From assembly GCF_009834535.1 (NCBI RefSeq), contig NC_045702.1, forward strand, positions 5,952,001-6,016,000: DNA of 64,000 nucleotides, in the 5' to 3' direction. The stretch comes from Camelus ferus (taxonomy: Eukaryota). Shown piece by piece: positions 57,304-64,000 of this stretch. The notes under the pieces were generated by a model. That model saw only the letters and a program-made list of their open reading frames with translations, had not been told where the DNA came from and ran no database searches. A program made the translations under genes and the position numbers. Within the stretch, counting starts at the first letter, position 1. Each line of letters begins with the position of its first letter.

Positions 57304-60225
57304 CTGGAAGGAAAAATGACACCAGATAAGCACCAACTTCTTCCTTAAGCTTCTACACCTAGGATCACAACCACCGGAGGGCCCCTCTTCTCTGGGAACA
57401 GCTCCGACTGGGGGAGGGGGCACTGTCAACCTACATACAAGACCTACACCGCATCGCTCTCACAGCCTGGGTACAAGTCACAGGGCAATGAGACTCGTTC
57501 TAGGAAGGGCCATACACCGAAACAAAGCGTCATAAAGAAGGCCGACTCAGGAAATGCACCATCCTTTCCCGGCATGCTCTTCATCTGCCTTCCCCCAGGA
57601 CCCGTTACTTCTCAGCCAGGGCATCAGCAACAGCTTATGGCACATTCTTTGGCAAAATCTTGAACATGGTAAATCTTCAGTTAGGAAGATGTATCTGATT
57701 TCTAGAAACAATCTAAAGTCGCTCAGAACTATGTGAGTGAAGTTGATGATCAAGATAGGCAAAGCTTTAGAGCTGAGAACTATATTCCATGGGACTTGTA
57801 AAGTAGCTCTGTCTCACCAAAAAGGGATGAGGAAATTCAGAAAGTGTTTTGGAGAGTTCTGGATTAAGATGGCAGATTGAACAAGTACACCCAATTTTGC
57901 TTCCTTCTGTGATTCAAAAGACACCCTCCCTGCCCACCCACCCACCAAAACAAACAAAAACACCAACCTCCAAACAAAACACCCACTAGGATGGAGAACA
58001 AAACGAGGGGACAAGAGCAATACAATTTTGTTAAAGGAAAAGCAGATGAAAAAGTAATAACTAAGCAGATCCAAGAAAATCGAATCCTCACCCAGCAGTG
58101 GGCAAAGTCAGAAACAATCCAGTTTACACAGCTACATCCTCAAGACTTGGGATCCTGCAGCTGCGGAATCTCTGGCCTGGGAGTGAAGATAGTGAGGCTA
58201 AAATAATAAGAACTGGGGGAAAGCTGTTTGCTAACAAATGCCAGCCCAGTTCCCCTACACGGGATCCAAGTTGATAAACCCCTCCCTTTAGTGAGCTCAG
58301 TGCTTCCAGTTAGAATGCTGGTTTCCACTATTAAGTGTCAGCAAACAACTGGACTAGCAGACATCTGGGGAAAGGCTGTAACAGGTCTGATAGAGACCAA
58401 AATAGATGGTGGGGTGAGGGGAGGAGGGGAAGAAATGGATGTGAGGCATGGAGGAAAAAACTTTAAAAAACAAAACTATCATCAAAAGCCTCAGAGAGGT
58501 AAGATACTGCAGCCATGAAACAAGCAGTTATAAAAGAAATAATCAGAAAACCTTTCTGTTTAGCCTTTTAAATTTTATGCCACCATTTATCACCTAGTCA
58601 AAGAAAATTATCAACAACAAAAAATCTCCTACCCCCAAAGAAAAACAACATTTCGGGTAACAGCACCCTTGGAGTAAGTATAAGTCCTCCCAAAGTGACA
58701 GCTCTGAAGGGGACGCATTCATTTCCATTCATAACAAGTTCTAGTATATTTGTTTAAAATTGCCTGTAACTTTACGCTCAGATTTCAAACACATGAATCT
58801 ATTTTAACTTCAACAGTGAAACTTTTTGAGAAAAACAATACAGATAATGCTTATCAGTCACTGTTGAACTGTATGTTTAAAAATAATCTGAGTATTTTTC
58901 TGAGTAAATACACGTTCACTGCAGAAAATTTAGACAATAAGCAGAAAAAAAACCGTTTTAAGTTCACCCACAATCTCCTTACTGATCATTACTATTGACA
59001 TTTGGTAGGTAACCTTCCAGTCTTTTGTCTGTTAATATGTATGAATGAACAGGTTTTAAAACAAAAATGGAATTGTACTGCCAAATGCATATGTTTTAAA
59101 TAATTACTTGCTCTCAGAGCATCTTCCAAAGCAAAATGCAATTATAATTCCAAAAACCTGCTGGAGGCTGGGCTCTGCTAGAAGCAGGCAGGCAGACAAG
59201 AAAGGGGTACTCACAGATAAGGCCTAAGGAGAGCCAGCGTGGCGAGGGGGAAGAAAACCCTTGAGATTATACAGCAGGCAGATCCCAGGAGGACTACGGT
59301 ACACCAGGACGAGAGGGCAAGCTGCTCCCACCAGGGCCGGCTAAAGAGTTTGTGATCAAGGGTAAACAGGGTTCCCTATTCATTCCCACCTGCCGGTCTT
59401 CCTGAGGGAACAGGTGGGCATAATGAAGCCCATGGACCCACTGCTTTAGTTTATGAGCACCACAAGGATGAAGAGTATGGCCAGGACCGAATGTTTAGAT
59501 AATAAAGAAGTGTCTTCCCAACAAAAGTGATTACCTTAACCCTGGTTCCTCTCTTTTAACCAATACTATGGCAAGAGCCTTCTGATTCCAGTTGACTGCA
59601 ATGTAAAGAAAACACAAATCTGCAGAAAATTTAGACTTGACTAAGAGGAATTTCTTATCTACACAGAAAGCAAAGAGTATCTCTGGATGTTCTATTTTAG
59701 TGGTGCCCACTGTCTATAAGGTAGAGCTCTGATTTCTCAGCCACACCCCAAGTCCCCTCGATCTGAACCTAACCTTCCTCCCTAACCTTCGCTCAAAGTC
59801 CTGCCCTACCTGGAATCTCTACTGCAGCCAGATTAGCGTAAGGGTAATTGATCAACACATCTTGCAGCTTTCCTCCCTCTACACACCCAGCCTTTACGTT
59901 CCCTGACTCTGCCCACTGCCTCCCACCCACTTAGGGCCCACCCACTCACCCAGTTCCTATTCACATGCCACCTCCGTCACAAGGGACTTCCCACCCACCT
60001 GGTCCCAGTGCGTCCCCTTCCCCTGAGCAAGGAAGGCTTACATCCGTAGTGGTGCCTGGTCCTCAGGAAGCCTGTGCTGATTTTCCTTTATCTCCTTCCC
60101 CATCACCACCCCTCTCCCCATCACATTATACAGAAAATATTTCATAGGCACTTACTTTTTTCATTCAATGTGCATTTGATTTGTTTCTACGTGCCAGCAG
60201 ATCATAAGATATAAAAGACACTACA

Positions 60226-60354
60226 GGGGAGAGGGTATGGCTCTGTGGTAGAGTGCGTCCTTAGCATGCACAAGGTCCTGGGCCCACTCTCCAGTACCTC
60301 CATTAAACAAATAAATAAACCTAACTACCTCCCCCTAAAAAAACAAAAACAAAA
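60226..60354 (+). mobile_element. Camelid-type tRNA-derived SINE (Vic-1-like)
   Basis: GGGGAGAGGGTATGGCTCTGTGGTAGAGTGCGTCCTTAGCATGCACAAGGTCCTGGG...AATAAATAAACCTAACTACCTCCCCC plus an A-rich tail: a tRNA-like head with the tail pattern I associate with camelid SINEs. Confidence 0.75.
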
Positions 60355-62429
60355 TACTATATTCATCAAGCAGATTAAATTCAGGAGGTGACAGACAACT
60401 ATGATGTAAGTGCAATAATAAAACTGAGACCAGAGAAAACTGAGAAGGGAATGATCACTTCCATGGGAAGGACAGAGGGACCATGAACCCAAAATAAGGA
60501 GGCAATAAGTACATACACAATAAATACTCCCATTTGGCAGCAGGAACAACAGTCTCTCAGAGGGCACACGAGGTGTCAGGCTGCAGTGCTCCTCACAGCA
60601 CCCACCTTATAGCAAAACAGCTCCTGTAGAGATGCTATTTTGAGTCATTCATTCAATAAATACTTTCTGAGAACCTATTAAATGCCAGATACTGCTGCGC
60701 CATTCTAGCTGGGGATATAACAGAGACTAAAATCAGCAAACATGTAAATGAATAAATAAACGTGATCATCTGATATAGTGATAATGGCTGGGAAGAAAAT
60801 AAAACAGGATAATAGGAGATAGTGATGGGGCAAAGTCTTTGACTTCTATCCTATTCTGCCAATGACAGGAAAGATACTCCACACCCAATCCAATAGCCCA
60901 AGATTGCTTTTAGTTAATAAATGTCACAAAATAGCATCAAAGGAAGATTCTAATAACAGACCAAACTACTACCTCAAGTGGACCCCCTAGTCTCCAAGCT
61001 TTGAGACAAAAAAGTGATATTCAGAATAGAACTTTAGAATAGCACAGCCATTCCACCGAGGCCTTAGTATCGTCACTCGTCTGCAATACATCTTACACTG
61101 CTGGTTTGTTTTGCAATCACTTTATTTCATCTTTGGATAACATCCTCATTCCCCCTGCTAGAAAACAGACGTTCCTGGGAAAGGTGTCCTTTTGAGACAC
61201 CCTGCAAACAAGATTAGAATCATGAGTGAAATTTTCAGACTCCAAGGTTTTCAATTAGTGGTTGAGCCTGAAAAGGACATAAAATTTCTCCTCCACCTCC
61301 CAAAATGTTTGTATTTTTCTATTCTCTCATTAAAGGCTAAGAAAGCCTACAACTGAACAGAATAGCTTGAAATCAATCTCAAATCACTAATTCCAATTTT
61401 CAATGCCAATTGTTTATAACCTTCCTCCTCACTACATTCTGCCCCCTCTCTGTCCAAAATCAGATTCAGTCTAAACTAATCGGAGGATAAACCTGAGAGT
61501 AAGGGCCACTTCCCTTACTTTTTTGATATCTGCTAAAGTGCTTAACACGAGGCTGGCAAACAGTTTAATCTTTCTTCAGTTTCTTTAGTTAGGTTCTGTT
61601 GAGCTTTATTGTCTTGGACTCTTTACTTTGAGGGTTGTTTCATCTGGAAAATATATCACTGTAGCTTGTGGAAAGGAAGGAGTACAGAAGAGTTGCTTAA
61701 GCTAGGAGTAACTTTTTGTAATGCAGAGTCCTTCCCAGTCTTTCCAGGAAAAACTGGAGCATCAAAATAATCTCATTATCTTTCTCTCTTGTCTGTGGGA
61801 CAACACTTCCAGGCTTACCCAAGTTACTGAAGTGACAATTGCAGGAGAGTTCCTGGAGGAAAGTGGTCATTTCATATTTATTCTTGTACTTCCAGCATCT
61901 ACATCAACTTAAATCACAGATCAAACTGTTTATTAAATGAACAATTTTTTTGAAAGAGAGACTCAATACGCACTTGAAAATATTTGTTGAGGAAATTCCC
62001 TCTGTGCCAAAGAAGAAACGATCGTCAAGAACTTGCAGCAAAGAACATCCAGAAAGATCTTAGTCCCAAAGGCTGCTAATGTCTCAGTCAAGCGCCTACA
62101 ACCAGGCTGGTCTCTGCGGACACTGCCTCCAAGCTCCATCTCGTCAAACCTACTTAACTCTACCTTCAAGCATTTTTTCCCCTACCATTTCTTCCAACTT
62201 ACAGCCTCCTGCCCAAAGCCTGAAGGAATATGCTTCTAAGCAATACTCAGATACTCCTCGAAGTAGATAAGCTAGACACAGAAACCGGCAAGAAATATGC
62301 CAGATGCCTTGTCTTTTTCTTCTCAGTTGTTTCTTGGGAAGGGGGAATCGAGGCAGGGCGAAGCCCTCACCTTGTCTCCCGGGATTCCTACCCTTAGCTA
62401 CCACTGGGGTCTTAATCCAGCCTCAAAGC

Positions 62430-63230
62430 CTTAAAATACGCTGGGCCTCTTCAAAACGCCAACGGCGGTGTGGGAAAACAGGAAGCACTTTCGCGTTTCT
62501 ACATTGGGCGGGTCGCCCCCCCAACCCCCCAGCATCAACCCAGCGGCGACTCGGCTGACGGCGGCCGGGGAGGGAGGGAGGGAGCGAGAGAAACGCAGCG
62601 CGGGACTCGCCCGAGGCGGCCGCCCAAGTGCAGAGGAAGAGGCGGCGGGCGAGCGGGCGAGCCCTTCCCTGCAAGGCTGGCTCATCTGCGGGGACTCCGC
62701 CCGTACCGCCCGCCTCGCAGGCGCCCGGATCGGGGGCGAGGGAGTGGGAGGCCCCAGGGCCCTTCCAGGCCTACCTTCCCCGACTCCCCGGGCTCCATGG
62801 CCCCGCCTTTGGTGCCCCGTGCTGACCCCGCCACTGCCGCCAGGCCGCCCCCTCCCCCCGTGGCCTGGCCCGAGGGCGCTGCCGCCGCGACCACCGTGAG
62901 GACCGGGCCCCCGGAGGGGAGGGCGACCCGGTGAGGAGGGGGCGCGGCCTGGAGCCGACTCTCTCTTGTGGGGCGGGGAGTGGCACTCGCCGAGCCGGGA
63001 GAGGCGCGCCGCGGTCACTTGCGTCGCGTCGAGTGAACTGCTTTACGGCAGCCGCCTAGCCCGAGGCGCCGGGGCATCATGGGAAGCTCAGTCCAGGCTC
63101 GGTAAGCGGCTCTCAAAGCTGCTATTGGCTCCGGGAATTCGGGGTCCGGATTGGACGCCAAGCAGCTTGCTCTCGGCCCTTTCAGCCTCCCTCCCCGGCT
63201 ATGGTTACTAGGTAACGTACCCACGACGCC
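62430..63230 (-). promoter_or_regulatory. ZNF862: ZNF862 CpG-island promoter
   Basis: CpG-dense region around exon 1; GC box GGGGCGGGG at ~62970. Confidence 0.8.
62775..62798 (-). CDS. ZNF862: ZNF862 coding exon 1 (MEPGESGK)
   Basis: gccATGG Kozak; 24 nt; donor AAG|GTAGGC. The eight exons sum to 3516 nt (1171 aa + stop) with consistent phases. Confidence 0.92.
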
Positions 63231-63324
63231 CTCTCAGGCCCTGTAATAAGGGCAAAGTGCTCCGACTGGGCTATGAAGTTGCTTTCTCTTGCGTCTGTTC
63301 CCTCGCATTTAGTTATGTGAAGGA

Positions 63325-63672
63325 GGTTCTATTGTGTTCCCTCAGAATTCATATATAACCCCTATAGGATGGTACTTAGATGTGGGGCCTTTGGGAAGTA
63401 ATTAGGTTTAGATGAGATCATGAGGGTGGGATCCTCACGATGGGTTTGGTGTGTTTATAAGAAGAGACACGGGGAACTTTGTTTCTCTCTGCCATGTGAG
63501 GAAACAGTGAGAAGGCAGCTGTCAGCCAGAAAGAGAGTTCTTACCAGAACCTGTCCATGCTGGCACTTTGATCTTGGACTTCCAGCCTCCATAACAGTGA
63601 GAAAATAAATGTCAGTTGTTTAAGTCACCCAGTCTATAATGTTTTGTTTTTGTAGCCTGAGCCAACTGAAAC
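63325..63672. mobile_element. MaLR solo LTR (MLT1A-like)
   Basis: GGGGCCTTTGGGAAGTAATTAGG...GCCATGTGAGG...CTTGGACTTCCAGCCTCC...AAATAAATG...TTTAAG. Confidence 0.8.
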
Positions 63673-64000
63673 AGGAGGGGAAGAGAGGTGTTGTGTAGGA
63701 AGGGCAATTGGGCATAAGAAACAGCATCAGCAAAACCAGAAAGATGAGCAAATGGTGTCTATAAGGACAGTGTGTAAGACGGGAAGTTGTGGGAAGTGAT
63801 GCTGGAGAGACACTGGGGCTGGATGTGGAAGGCACTGTGTACTGCCTTAAAGGACTTGAAATAAGTTTTTAGCTGGCAAACGGTATGGGCAGATTCACAC
63901 TTCAGTTGCTCAGTACTATTGCAGAGTAGAGGGTGAATTTAAAAAGCAAAGGATAGAAGAGAAAAAAACCACTCTATAAATATATACTTGCTCTCCTTTC

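Noticed and set aside
60226-60300. tRNA-like sequence
   Set aside because: It is the head of a SINE with a degenerate B box and A-rich tail, not a tRNA gene.

Overview
This is mammalian genomic DNA, most likely a camelid: a Vic-type tRNA-derived SINE lies at 60226-60354, and N-gaps indicate a draft assembly. It is the block orthologous to human 7q36.1, in reverse orientation: RARRES2/chemerin (+, 163 aa), LRRC61 (-), ATP6V0E2 (-, 81 aa) and ZNF862 (-, 8 coding exons, 1171 aa). No ACTR3C is seen between ATP6V0E2 and LRRC61. The main discovery is an uninterrupted 1084-codon single-exon ORF (12243-15497, -) inside an LRRC61 intron. It encodes a full-length domesticated Ac-type hAT transposase with a basic N-terminus, one BED zinc finger, a catalytically dead core and a hATC dimerisation domain. 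It is the apparent intact orthologue of human ZBED10P/ZBED6CL. It has its own splice acceptor and poly(A) signal, so it looks like an alternative terminal exon of the LRRC61 transcription unit. In this assembly LRRC61 carries a frameshifting ~34-nt deletion, which may be real or an artefact. The window also holds ZNF862, a KRAB-TTF x2 hAT transposase fusion that keeps all DDE residues, plus a decayed Charlie-type transposase fossil and several MER20/MER5 MITEs. Gene identities and repeat family names come from recognising translated motifs and remembered consensus sequences; no database search was run.
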